A stretch of 55,654 nucleotides of DNA, taken from assembly GCA_964467765.1 (NCBI GenBank), contig CAYXSS010000004.1, positions 1 through 55,654 on the forward strand, read 5' to 3'. A program made the translations under genes and the position numbers. Below the pieces are notes generated by a model. That model saw only the letters and a list, made by a program, of their open reading frames with translations. It was not told the origin of the DNA and ran no database searches. This DNA comes from an uncultured Candidatus Saccharibacteria bacterium. GTDB lineage: Bacteria; Patescibacteriota; Minisyncoccia; UBA6257; 2-01-FULL-56-20. The stretch's first letter is position 1. Every line of letters starts with the position of its first letter. Shown here one piece after another: positions 28,185-37,498 of the stretch.

Positions 28185-28457
28185 ATGTTGGATCAAAAAC
28201 TCAAAAAAAGGTCGATTCATCGCGCAAAAATAATCAGAGGTCAAATTGACGGCCTCATTCAAGCCATTGAAAGGGAAGTGTACTGCTCCACGTTATTAGA
28301 GCGGTCGCTATCTATTCAAAGGTCGCTTAAAAGCCTCGACGCTTATATGTTAGAAAATCATCTGCGGACCCACGTAAGATATCAAATGAATCGCAAAGAA
28401 GGAATAAACAAAGCCGTGCAGGAACTTGTCAAAGTTTATACGCTATCGAATAAATAA
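28185..28457 (+). CDS. CsoR/RcnR family metal-sensing repressor
   Basis: RAKIIRGQIDGL, YC, LENHLRTHV; 90 aa, all helical. Confidence 0.92.
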   Translation: MLDQKLKKRSIHRAKIIRGQIDGLIQAIEREVYCSTLLERSLSIQRSLKSLDAYMLENHLRTHVRYQMNRKEGINKAVQELVKVYTLSNK

Positions 28458-28469
28458 TCATAAAAAACA

Positions 28470-28640
28470 ATGCTTAATCTGCTCAAAAAAAAGTGCCCGA
28501 CTTGCAAAATGGAACTCGAAAAAAACAAAAAATATCCCGAGGGCTGGGGAAAGGAGTTTTGTTCGGAAGGCTGCCGGGAGGAATACCGTAAAAAAATAGT
28601 AAAAGAACAATCCACTAAATCACACGGCTGCTGCCACTAA
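28470..28640 (+). CDS. YHS/TRASH metal-binding small protein (56 aa, missing from the ORF track)
   Basis: Manual translation MLNLLKKKCPTCKMELEKNKKYPEGWGKEFCSEGCREEYRKKIVKEQSTKSHGCCH*. Confidence 0.85.
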   Translation: MLNLLKKKCPTCKMELEKNKKYPEGWGKEFCSEGCREEYRKKIVKEQSTKSHGCCH

Positions 28641-28649
28641 GAGCAATAC

Positions 28650-29900
28650 ATGAAAAACAAAACTACTGGCGCAGTCTTGTTGGTTGGGGCAATACTATAT
28701 TTTCTTTTTACCACCTTTGTTGCCGGCCACGGCTTTCATCCGCTTAACACGCTGATCACAATCTTTCTCTTGGTTTTTGGATTTATAACCATCTTCAAAA
28801 CCAAAGAAGAAACGGCATCTTCTCAACCCCAAATCACTGAAACGACGCAGGAGGAGGCTCCGACGTTGCAACCAAGCCAAAAACTAAAAATCTTTTTTGT
28901 TAGTTTGGCATTCGGATTGCTCACCGCCATTATTATTGCCCTTACTTATTTAGCTACTTCTGCCGGAGAGACATTAACAACCATCCTTTCTTTTGCCGGG
29001 GGTGTATCAAATATTGTTTTGCCGTGCACCTTACCGCTCGTATTTATTATTGTCCCGCTTTCGATGGGAAAGGGGTATAAAAAGGGACTTATGATGGCAA
29101 TTCTTTTCAGCATCGGTCTTGTCGTGATGCTTGCGATTTACGGAGGGACAATAGCTCTTGTCGGAAAATATCTTGGACTAGATCAGGCGACGAAATATCT
29201 TTATATTGTTGCCGGCATCGCCGCCCTTATTTTCGGCTTGGCTGAACTTGCGCTGATATCCTTCGAAATGCCGTCGTATTCAAAAGTGCCGGCCTTTATT
29301 CAGCGACAACCCGACTACGCAAAATCTCTTTTCCTTGGTTTATTTCTTGGAAACGCAGGCATAGGTTGTCCGAATCCGGTTACGTACCTGATTTTGGCCG
29401 CCGCGGCCGGCACCGGGAGCGTGGCGGTAGGTGCTTGGTACATGGCGGTTAACGGTCTGGGCAGGGCGCTGCCGCTCATTTTTCTTTCGGTGCTAGGTAT
29501 TCTCGGAGTAAACGCAACGAATGGCATACTGAAGAAAAAGGTTGCGGTTGACAGGATAACTGGATGGGCGCTTGTGGTCATATCATCGTTTATTATCCTC
29601 AACGGAGTTTTCGGGCACCTTTGGTACGAGGGTTCGATTTTCCATGAAGGCCTAAACATGCTCTTTGGGAAAATTGGAAGTAGGGTTACGGAAGCAAACA
29701 TCGCGATTCAACAGTTCGAAACCGCGGTTCCGTTCGTCTGGTTGGGAGCGTGGATCAATCTTCTTTTGCCGCCAATCGTGCTTACCTGGTATTTTTTCAA
29801 GAAAAATGGCGCAATGTCGAAAAAAATGTTCTGGATCTTGCTCTTAGTGTTTATATTTTGGGGATTATTAACCATGCCCATCGGGGTCAAGATGGGATAA
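28650..29900 (+). CDS. CcdA/DsbD-type transmembrane electron transporter with extra TM helices
   Basis: VLPCTLP and GCPNP paired Cys in TM helices. Confidence 0.85.
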   Translation: MKNKTTGAVLLVGAILYFLFTTFVAGHGFHPLNTLITIFLLVFGFITIFKTKEETASSQPQITETTQEEAPTLQPSQKLKIFFVSLAFGLLTAIIIALTYLATSAGETLTTILSFAGGVSNIVLPCTLPLVFIIVPLSMGKGYKKGLMMAILFSIGLVVMLAIYGGTIALVGKYLGLDQATKYLYIVAGIAALIFGLAELALISFEMPSYSKVPAFIQRQPDYAKSLFLGLFLGNAGIGCPNPVTYLILAAAAGTGSVAVGAWYMAVNGLGRALPLIFLSVLGILGVNATNGILKKKVAVDRITGWALVVISSFIILNGVFGHLWYEGSIFHEGLNMLFGKIGSRVTEANIAIQQFETAVPFVWLGAWINLLLPPIVLTWYFFKKNGAMSKKMFWILLLVFIFWGLLTMPIGVKMG

Positions 29901-29912
29901 GTAGAAAATACA

Positions 29913-30128
29913 ATGACTCAAACAAAAAAATATTCAATCGGTGGAATGAATTGCGGAAGCTGCGCCGTATCGATCGAAATGCTACTTAAAAATCAACCAG
30001 GCGTGAAGTCGGCAAAAGTAAATTTTGAAAACAAAGAGGCAATTATCGAATTTGACGACGCCGCGTTTAATTTCAAAAAAATCGAAAAAATAATCAAGCA
30101 GATGGGCTATGTTTTAGGCGAAAAATAA
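29913..30128 (+). CDS. copZ: heavy-metal-associated (HMA) copper chaperone
   Basis: GMNCGSC, GVKSAKVNF, IKQMGY; 71 aa. Confidence 0.9.
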   Translation: MTQTKKYSIGGMNCGSCAVSIEMLLKNQPGVKSAKVNFENKEAIIEFDDAAFNFKKIEKIIKQMGYVLGEK

Positions 30129-30135
30129 AATAATC

Positions 30136-30390
30136 ATGATCAATATTCAGTTCGTTACAGTGCCCGGGTGCCATGAATGCGCCAAAGCGAAAAAAATTTT
30201 TGAGGAACTAAAACCAAGATACCCCGAAATGCAAATTACGGAAATTAACGCTACCTCTGCCGAAGGAATCGCGCTGGTTCAAAAATATGGCATTTTTTCC
30301 AGCCCCGGCGTTGTTGTTAATGGTGAATTGTTTTCCACCGGGGCGCTGAACAAAAACGAGTTTATAAAAAAATTGGATGCATTGAAATAA
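30136..30390 (+). CDS. small glutaredoxin/thioredoxin-like protein
   Basis: PGCHEC, SSPGVVVNG; 84 aa. Confidence 0.85.
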   Translation: MINIQFVTVPGCHECAKAKKIFEELKPRYPEMQITEINATSAEGIALVQKYGIFSSPGVVVNGELFSTGALNKNEFIKKLDALK

Positions 30391-30392
30391 CC

Positions 30393-30611
30393 ATGAGTTT
30401 GTTTTCAGTCGGTCTCGTACTAGATACAATCGGAAAAGTGTTTATCGGGCTCGCGGTACTAATGGTACATCGCCACATATTTAAAGAGGGCAAGATAGAC
30501 ACGGATGTGCTTGTGGCAATACGAAAAGAATTGGTTTTAACATTTACTGGCATCCTCCTTATCATCGTGGGCGCAATACTGCAATTAATTTTCGTCAATT
30601 TTTCTGGATAA
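30393..30611 (+). CDS. small 2-TM membrane protein
   Basis: Two hydrophobic helices flanking VHRHIFKEGKID; operon spacing. Confidence 0.75.
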   Translation: MSLFSVGLVLDTIGKVFIGLAVLMVHRHIFKEGKIDTDVLVAIRKELVLTFTGILLIIVGAILQLIFVNFSG

Positions 30612-30653
30612 AAAGTCGAAAAAAAAATAATTTAAAAAAAACAAATAAAAATT

Positions 30654-30848
30654 ATGAGTAAGGTTTTACTGGTTATAGGTTGGATCGCCTTCCTGTGCGG
30701 CACGCTTCTTTACTTTGTTGCCTGGGCGGCAATTACAGGAGGCGGCAATATGTGGGGAATCACTCCACAGTTCTGGTTCTACGACTCCATAGCCGCGGTG
30801 CTCATAGGTATTTTCTTGCTTCTGGCGTCGCAGTGGAAGAAACAATAA
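30654..30848 (+). CDS. small 2-TM membrane protein (paralog of 31947..32159)
   Basis: AW..G..WGITPQFWFYDSIA. Confidence 0.7.
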   Translation: MSKVLLVIGWIAFLCGTLLYFVAWAAITGGGNMWGITPQFWFYDSIAAVLIGIFLLLASQWKKQ

Positions 30849-30849
30849 G

Positions 30850-30921
30850 TCCAGTGTTAGAAGTCGCGCCCGCGCCAAACGCGCAGATTCGAAAGCCACG
30901 ACGCGGCCGTTTCTAACAGGA
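30850..30921. repeat. structured GTTAGA..TCTAAC repeat, copy A
   Basis: TGTTAGAA..TTCTAACA terminal inverted repeat; interior aligns with 54123..54193. Confidence 0.75.
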
Positions 30922-30943
30922 TAAACCAGAGAATTTTAACCCA

Positions 30944-31921
30944 ATGACATACGATCTTATTATTATTGGCGCTGGCGCTGCTGGTTATGGAGCTGCTATC
31001 TATGGCGGAAGATATCGCCTGAAAGTTCTTGTTATCAGTAAAGAATTTGGCGGAGAAACGGCTAGCGCCGGCACCATCGAAAATTATCCCGGAATTCCAT
31101 CAATCGGCGGTTTTGAATTGATGGAGGCCATGAAAAAGCAAGCAGAAAATCTCGGCGTCGAGACACTTGAAGCGGAGGTTACTGATATAAAAAGAAAAGA
31201 ACACTGCTTCGAAGTTTTTATAAGTAATACCGCCTATCAAACACATGAAATTATTTTTGCCCTTGGCGCAGAACGGCGCCGATTGGGATTTCCCAACGAA
31301 AAAGAACTTACTGGGCGCGGCGTGCACTACTGTGTTACTTGCGACGCGCCGCTTTATAAAGATAAAACGATCGCCATGGTCGGAGGAGGAGATGCCTCGG
31401 TCAAAGGAGCGGTGTTCGCGGCCGAATATGCAAACAAAATATTTCTTATCGTCCGCGGCAAAGAGGTTGTTGCCGAACCAATTAATCTTGAGCGAATGAA
31501 AAAACTTGGTGACAAGATAGAACTGCTCTTGGACACGGAAGTCAAAGGGTTGGTTGGTCAAAAAAAATTAGAAAAATTAAGGCTTTCCCGCCAGTTTAAA
31601 AACTCGGAAGAATTGATCGTTGACGGACTTTTTGTTGAAATCGGGGCGATTCCAAATGTTTCGCTTGCGAAATCTCTTGGCGTGGAATTGGATGAACGTG
31701 GATATATAAACGTAGACAACATGATGAAAACAAATATAGACGGAGTATTTGCAGCAGGAGACGCGACAAATCATTTCGGATCTTTTAAGCAAGACATAAC
31801 CGCGGCCGCAATGGGCGCTGTAGCCGCGACATCAGCTTATAACGATCATAAAATTCATGGAGACCTTTGTCTGACGCACGCCCAACCATCACAGCAAATA
31901 AATCAGAAGGTCGAAAAATAA
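30944..31921 (+). CDS. trxB: thioredoxin-disulfide reductase
   Basis: IIGAGAAG, IENYPG, GRGVHYCVTCD, VGGGD, GVFAAGD. Confidence 0.9.
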   Translation: MTYDLIIIGAGAAGYGAAIYGGRYRLKVLVISKEFGGETASAGTIENYPGIPSIGGFELMEAMKKQAENLGVETLEAEVTDIKRKEHCFEVFISNTAYQTHEIIFALGAERRRLGFPNEKELTGRGVHYCVTCDAPLYKDKTIAMVGGGDASVKGAVFAAEYANKIFLIVRGKEVVAEPINLERMKKLGDKIELLLDTEVKGLVGQKKLEKLRLSRQFKNSEELIVDGLFVEIGAIPNVSLAKSLGVELDERGYINVDNMMKTNIDGVFAAGDATNHFGSFKQDITAAAMGAVAATSAYNDHKIHGDLCLTHAQPSQQINQKVEK

Positions 31922-31946
31922 TTAATTTAAATCGAGAATAAACGAT

Positions 31947-32159
31947 ATGAAAAAATCATCGCTTATGCATGGAACGGCCTACGTAACCGGCTGGCTAAGC
32001 ATATTCGCGCTTATTGGTGCATGGGTAGCGGGAGAAGACGGAACGGCGCTTGGATTTTCAGGGCAACACCTCTATAACGATACGATAGCGCTTGCGCTTA
32101 TTACCATCGCTGCTCTTCTCTGTGCCACGCTTTATTGGCACCAAGAACAAAAATCTTAA
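31947..32159 (+). CDS. small 2-TM membrane protein
   Basis: AW..G..LGFSGQHLYNDTIA. Confidence 0.72.
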   Translation: MKKSSLMHGTAYVTGWLSIFALIGAWVAGEDGTALGFSGQHLYNDTIALALITIAALLCATLYWHQEQKS

Positions 32160-32198
32160 AGGTCGAAGAAATAAAATTATTAAACATTCGTACTATCT

Positions 32199-32459
32199 AT
32201 GCTTTCGCTCAAAAGATATGGCTGGCTCTGCGTGCTTGGACTGGAAGCGTTTTATGCGCTTTGTCTGGTCTACGGCCTGTTTCTTGCCGGAAGAGCCGCC
32301 GAACTCCACCATTCATTGTTTGAACTTTTACCAGGGTTTACGTGGGGAAACATTGGCAGTGTGATTCTGGGGGCAATTGAACTGTTTGTGTTTGCCTGGA
32401 TTTTCGCTTGGTATATCGTCTGGATGCATAACACAAGCATGGTTAAATCGGAAAAATAA
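32199..32459 (+). CDS. DUF5676-like small membrane protein
   Basis: YALC..LHH..LLPGFTW..GS..LG pattern, recalled from copper clusters. Confidence 0.7.
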   Translation: MLSLKRYGWLCVLGLEAFYALCLVYGLFLAGRAAELHHSLFELLPGFTWGNIGSVILGAIELFVFAWIFAWYIVWMHNTSMVKSEK

Positions 32460-32530
32460 TAAAAATAGTTTGATAGACTTGGATAGCATTACAATTGGTT
32501 AGTTGTCGGGTTGCTTAATTTTTGCCAACC

Positions 32531-32761
32531 ATGCACAATCATAACGACAAAAATAATTCTTCAATACTGCTAATGATGATTTTCTGCTCCACGCTGTTAA
32601 TAGTTTTGTTTTTTGCGGGAGGAGCGCTATTCTCCGCCAGCTACTTGTGGCCCATCGTTGTGATTGGTTTTATTCTGGTTCATTTTTGGATTGTGTTGCG
32701 AGGATACCGCTTACAAGACAATAAACGCGATGATCATGCCGCAAACGAATCGCAAAGCTAA
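32531..32761 (+). CDS. small 2-TM protein, DUF2933-like
   Basis: MHNH start, MMIFC in TM1, VHFW in TM2; probable ATG 32531. Confidence 0.6.
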   Translation: MHNHNDKNNSSILLMMIFCSTLLIVLFFAGGALFSASYLWPIVVIGFILVHFWIVLRGYRLQDNKRDDHAANESQS

Positions 32762-32775
32762 ACCAACATCGACCC

Positions 32776-34041
32776 ATGGAGAAGCCGATTTACCTGTTGA
32801 CATTATTGGTTCTGCTCGCCGCGCCGATTCAACTTATCTTAGCCGAAGAAAATGCCAGCAATGCCGTCGAGTCAAAAACAAGTCTGGGTGACTTAATTGA
32901 CGCCAAGAACAAGGAGCTTCAAAAGATTAAAGAAGAGATGCAGGCAGCGAAAAAAAACCTCGATAATACCGTGGCAGAGCGGAAGGGATTACAAACCGAA
33001 CTGCGCAACATCGATACAAATATAAAAACAATGGAACTTGGCATTCGCGCCGCACAAACAGAAGGCCAAAAATTGGGACTCGAAATACAATCGTTATCAT
33101 CAGAAATTAAAAACATAAACGGCATGATCGATTCCAAATTAGAAGCATTGCCGAAAATATTACGCGCCTATCATAGGGAGAGCGAGACGAACCCTCTGTT
33201 TATTTTGCTGCAAAAAGGTACAATTTCCGAGGCTTTCGCCGAAACGGTTTCCTTAAGCAATTTGCAGGCGCAAATAGCAACAACTATCGACGAGTCCCGC
33301 GATCTCAAGGATGAACTTGAAAAAAAACAAACCGACGTTTCCGTGAAGCAGGGGGAAATTGAACTGAAAAAACAGGATATTGCGGCCAAAAAAGCGATTG
33401 CGAAGGAAGAGGAGGGGCGCAAACAGACGCTTCTTGCGGAAACGAAAAACAAGGAATCGCTCTATCAGAAAAACTTCGATGATCTTGCAAAGAAGGCAAT
33501 GGAATTCGAGGCGGAAATAGAAAGGATAGAGTCCGCTTTGAGAAAGAACATCGATCTTTCGAAATTGCCGCCGCCAAAACCGGGCTTACTTGCGAATCCT
33601 GTTCCGGAAGCAAGATTGACGCAGGGTTACGGTCGGACGGAATTCGCTGTTAGGAATTATAAGAGTAAGTGGCATAATGGGATTGATCTCGGCGCACCAG
33701 TAGGTACGCCGGTTTATGCGGCCGAAGACGGAGAAGTTGTTGCCTTAGGAAATACTGACAAATACTGTCCACGCGGAGCTTACGGAAAATATGTCGTTAT
33801 CAAGCACGACAATGGTCTTAGCACCTTTTATTCGCATTTTTCCGCTTTTGTCGTAAGCGTAGGCCAGAAGATCGGCCGCGGAGAATTAATCGGATATGTA
33901 GGCAATACCGGATGGTCTACCGGGCCGCACACGCAGGTTACGGTTTACGCCTCGGATACGTATGCGATCACTCAATCAAAATCATGCGGACCTTTGCCGG
34001 TTGGTGGAGACGTAAACCCCCTAGATTATATTTCTTTGTAG
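32776..34041 (+). CDS. coiled-coil M23/LytM-domain protein (EnvC-like)
   Basis: Signal peptide, ~230-aa coiled coil, HNGID, GTPVYAA, YGKYVVIKH, GNTGWSTGPH. Confidence 0.9.
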   Translation: MEKPIYLLTLLVLLAAPIQLILAEENASNAVESKTSLGDLIDAKNKELQKIKEEMQAAKKNLDNTVAERKGLQTELRNIDTNIKTMELGIRAAQTEGQKLGLEIQSLSSEIKNINGMIDSKLEALPKILRAYHRESETNPLFILLQKGTISEAFAETVSLSNLQAQIATTIDESRDLKDELEKKQTDVSVKQGEIELKKQDIAAKKAIAKEEEGRKQTLLAETKNKESLYQKNFDDLAKKAMEFEAEIERIESALRKNIDLSKLPPPKPGLLANPVPEARLTQGYGRTEFAVRNYKSKWHNGIDLGAPVGTPVYAAEDGEVVALGNTDKYCPRGAYGKYVVIKHDNGLSTFYSHFSAFVVSVGQKIGRGELIGYVGNTGWSTGPHTQVTVYASDTYAITQSKSCGPLPVGGDVNPLDYISL

Positions 34042-34121
34042 AACAAAACAAGCTTTTTTGAATGTATCAATTCTGCTGGCAACAAAAAGATACTAGTTGG
34101 ATCAATTGTAACCAATAAATC

Positions 34122-34592
34122 ATGCTTAATAATCGAACGAGGTCGTTTTTATACGGAGCACTTGCAAGCACAACCTTGCTCGGAATGTATTTTACCGTAC
34201 TTACTCTCGTCTCTGGTTGGAGTTTCGCGCGAAGCCAATTCGCCACTTTTTGGTATTTCATTGTAAGTCTTGCTGTCGGATTCGGTGTTCAGATCGGACT
34301 ATATGTTCATTTGAAAAACATTATTCATGGCAAAGATGGCAACGGTAAAATATTGGGCGTGACAGGCACGACTTCTACTGCCGCGATGATTTCCTGTTGC
34401 ACCCACTACCTGGCCAACATCCTCCCTTTTCTTGGGGTAATCGGAGCTGTAACGTTTGTTGCTCAATATCAAGTAAGGTTATTTTGGGTGGGGCTGGCAT
34501 TCAACCTCGGCGGCATTGTGTATATGGTCAATAAAATAAATAAATTTTCCGCCAGAAGCGAATCGGCCTTGAGCGGAAAACAACCAACGTGA
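34122..34592 (+). CDS. 4-TM membrane protein with CCxH motif
   Basis: AMISCCTHYLANILP. Confidence 0.78.
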   Translation: MLNNRTRSFLYGALASTTLLGMYFTVLTLVSGWSFARSQFATFWYFIVSLAVGFGVQIGLYVHLKNIIHGKDGNGKILGVTGTTSTAAMISCCTHYLANILPFLGVIGAVTFVAQYQVRLFWVGLAFNLGGIVYMVNKINKFSARSESALSGKQPT

Positions 34593-35065
34593 AATACACC
34601 CGGCTCATAATTGTCGGCTTGGCATTCGTGTTTTTGATATACGTTGTTTTTGTCATTTTCAGAAACGCCGCAAATAAAAAAGGATTGATTACGAATACAA
34701 ATCCGATGCAAACAAATCAGGAGCAGACAAAAAGTCGGCGGTGGGAGACGAAAACCGACGATCAAGGCGGGGTTGCGATCGCAGTCACTCCGCTCGACAT
34801 TTCGCCGCAGTCGAAAGAATGGAAATTCGGTATTTCCATGAACACCCATTCGGTGGAATTAGATCAGGATCTTGTAAAATTGGCAGTTCTTGTTGATGGT
34901 CGTGGCAACGAATATAAACCCATCAAGTGGGATGGGCCAGTTGGCGGACACCACAGAGAAGGAACACTTGTATTTAATCCGATAACGCCAGCTCCAAAAT
35001 CGATTGAATTAAAAATAACCGGAATAATCGACGTGGTGCGAACTTTTAGCTGGCAAATAAATTAA
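34589..35065 (+). CDS. membrane-anchored exported His-motif protein
   Basis: TM anchor, MNTHSVEL and GGHHREG; overlaps the upstream stop (GTGA). Confidence 0.78.
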   Translation: MKYTRLIIVGLAFVFLIYVVFVIFRNAANKKGLITNTNPMQTNQEQTKSRRWETKTDDQGGVAIAVTPLDISPQSKEWKFGISMNTHSVELDQDLVKLAVLVDGRGNEYKPIKWDGPVGGHHREGTLVFNPITPAPKSIELKITGIIDVVRTFSWQIN

Positions 35066-35085
35066 AAACTGAATTTTTAACAAAG

Positions 35086-36210
35086 ATGGCAAATAACAAA
35101 ACAATCGCGCAAAAACTTCTTCTATCGGCAGGCATAAACATAAACGGCGACAATCCATGGGATATGCGTGTTTACAATGAGAAAACTTTTGACCGTGTAT
35201 TTCGCGATGGTTCTTTGGGATTGGGTGAGGCATACATGGATGGTTGGTGGGACTGTGAAAAATTGGACGAATTTTTTTATCGGATACTACACTCTCGTTT
35301 GGATGAAAAAGTAAAAAGAAATTGGCCGTTGCTTTGGCGAGCGGCGATGTCCAAAATTTTCAATCAGCAATCCAAGAACAGGGCTTTTGCCATAGGAGAA
35401 AAACATTACGACACGGGCAATGATTTATTTGTCCAAATGCTCGGGAAATCTATGGCCTACTCTTGCGGTTACTGGAGCGACAACCAGCCGGCCGATAATT
35501 TAGACGAAGCCCAAGAGGCTAAGTTCGATTTAATTTGCAAAAAGATCGGCCTGAAGAAGGGCATGTCAATACTTGATATTGGTTGCGGTTGGGGAACTTT
35601 TATGAAATACGCCGCCCTAAAGTACGGTGTTCGCGCCGTAGGCATCACTGTTTCCAGAGAACAGGCGGAGATGGCCAAAGATTTATGCAAGGGCCTGCCA
35701 ATCGATGTTAGACTGAAAGATTATCGCGACATTGACGAAAAGTTTGATCGTATCGTTTCGGTGGGAATGATTGAGCATGTCGGCTATAAAAATTATAAAA
35801 CATATATGCGAGTGGTTCGTCGCAACCTGAAAGACGGCGGGTTGTTTTTGTTGCATACTATCGGCAAAGAACAATCAACAACAACGACAGATCCGTGGAT
35901 AGCAAAATACATTTTCCCCAATAGTCATTTGCCGTCTATTAAGCAAATAGGTGCGGCCACAGAAAATATTTTTGTCATGGAAGATTGGCATAATTTTAGC
36001 GCCGACTACGACAAAACTTTAATGGCGTGGCACGCCAATTTTGAAAAGGCGTGGCCAAAATTGAAAAGCAATTACAACGAAAAGTTTTACAGAATGTGGA
36101 AATATTATTTATTGTCGTGTGCCGGCGCGTTTAGAGCGCGCAAAATCCAGCTTTGGCAAATAGTCTTTTCTAAAGACGGCGTGATAGGCGGCTGGAATAG
36201 CGTGCGTTAA
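35086..36210 (+). CDS. cfa: cyclopropane-fatty-acyl-phospholipid synthase
   Basis: GSLGLGEAYMDGWW, HYDTGNDLF, MAYSCGYW, LDIGCGWG, VSVGMIEHVG, YIFP, RMWKYYL. Confidence 0.96.
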   Translation: MANNKTIAQKLLLSAGININGDNPWDMRVYNEKTFDRVFRDGSLGLGEAYMDGWWDCEKLDEFFYRILHSRLDEKVKRNWPLLWRAAMSKIFNQQSKNRAFAIGEKHYDTGNDLFVQMLGKSMAYSCGYWSDNQPADNLDEAQEAKFDLICKKIGLKKGMSILDIGCGWGTFMKYAALKYGVRAVGITVSREQAEMAKDLCKGLPIDVRLKDYRDIDEKFDRIVSVGMIEHVGYKNYKTYMRVVRRNLKDGGLFLLHTIGKEQSTTTTDPWIAKYIFPNSHLPSIKQIGAATENIFVMEDWHNFSADYDKTLMAWHANFEKAWPKLKSNYNEKFYRMWKYYLLSCAGAFRARKIQLWQIVFSKDGVIGGWNSVR

Positions 36211-36224
36211 ACATATCAACAACT

Positions 36225-36920
36225 ATGCAATATATCTGGTTAATTTGGAGTTTGATGCTGATTGTGATTTGGCTTGTGATCTATGCTTCGCTCGGTTCAC
36301 GAGATAAACGAAAAGAGATGTTTAACGTCAGTTTGTGGACATCGCTTTTGGGGTTTACCGAACCTATTTTTGTGCCGGCATATTGGTCTCCGCCGTCGTT
36401 ATTTAATCTTGCTTTGAAAACAGGATTTGATATAGAGAGTTTAATTTTTTCGTTTGGCATAGGCGGAATTGCCGTTGTGCTTTACGAACGAATTTTCCGT
36501 ATAAGACACGAGATGATGCCATCTGCGGAACACAATCTTTTGCGCCACCGCTATCATGTTTGGGCTATTATTTCCGCCCCGATAATCTTCTCCGTTTTAT
36601 TGTTTACAACAAAATTAAACCCTATTTATTCTGCAGAGATTGCAATGGCCTCTGGCGGGTTGTTTACTTGGTACTGTCGGCCAGATCTCAAGAAAAAAAT
36701 GTTTATAAGCGCGCTGCTTTTTCTTGGCCTATATCTTTTCTACTTTCTCACGCTTATCGCAACAGCTCCGGGTTATGTTGAAAACGTATGGAACCTAAAA
36801 GCCGTTTCCGGGGTTTTGATTTTCGGGATTCCGCTTGAAGAATTGCTCTTTGCGACAAGCTTCGGATTTTTATGGTCGAGTATTCGTGAACACTTTTTAT
36901 GGACAAAGATAAAGAAATAA
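36225..36920 (+). CDS. lycopene cyclase domain-containing membrane protein (CrtYc/Yd-like, two repeats)
   Basis: GFDIESLIF and GIPLEELLF repeats in a multi-TM protein. Confidence 0.75.
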   Translation: MQYIWLIWSLMLIVIWLVIYASLGSRDKRKEMFNVSLWTSLLGFTEPIFVPAYWSPPSLFNLALKTGFDIESLIFSFGIGGIAVVLYERIFRIRHEMMPSAEHNLLRHRYHVWAIISAPIIFSVLLFTTKLNPIYSAEIAMASGGLFTWYCRPDLKKKMFISALLFLGLYLFYFLTLIATAPGYVENVWNLKAVSGVLIFGIPLEELLFATSFGFLWSSIREHFLWTKIKK

Positions 36921-37498
36921 ATAGCAGTGAATATCTAGCCTTGTTTTTTTCTTTTTGGATAACGGAGTTTGTCGTTCGATTTGTCATTTTTGGTTCATTT
37001 TTAAACGGCGTCTTTCCCGGCATAACCATTAACGGCTTCCGTGTCCATCACTATATTACAGGTTTTGCTCTTTTGTTTGTTTCAATTATATTAGCCCTGT
37101 TTCACAAAAGAAAAATTTTTTATCCGCTGCTCGGAATTTCTTCGGCGCTTATCATGGACGAATTTTCTTATTGGACCATTTTAAAAGTTGATTATTGGAA
37201 TCCATTAAATATTATTGCCCCGTTTTCCGCGGGAATCGGTCTCTTGTTTTTGCTGAAACTTAAGACAAATTTCTATTCTCTGCCAAGCATAAAGCGGGCA
37301 AAAATACATTTTTATTTTGTAACCTCAGAACTTGTTTTAATTATTTTATTGTTATCTCACCACACTCTTACGGCACAGGCGCAAGAACACTACTCTCTAA
37401 AAACACCGAAATCGTTTTCTCAAAGCATTCAAATCTTTAAGTCAGGACTTAAAAACCACCTGCTTGCTAACATCCTGTTCGCCACGAGAAAAGATTAG
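36899..37498 (+). CDS. membrane protein with HHY..G and DE motifs
   Basis: RVHHYITG, LIMDEFSY, several TM helices. Confidence 0.65.
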   Translation: MDKDKEINSSEYLALFFSFWITEFVVRFVIFGSFLNGVFPGITINGFRVHHYITGFALLFVSIILALFHKRKIFYPLLGISSALIMDEFSYWTILKVDYWNPLNIIAPFSAGIGLLFLLKLKTNFYSLPSIKRAKIHFYFVTSELVLIILLLSHHTLTAQAQEHYSLKTPKSFSQSIQIFKSGLKNHLLANILFATRKD

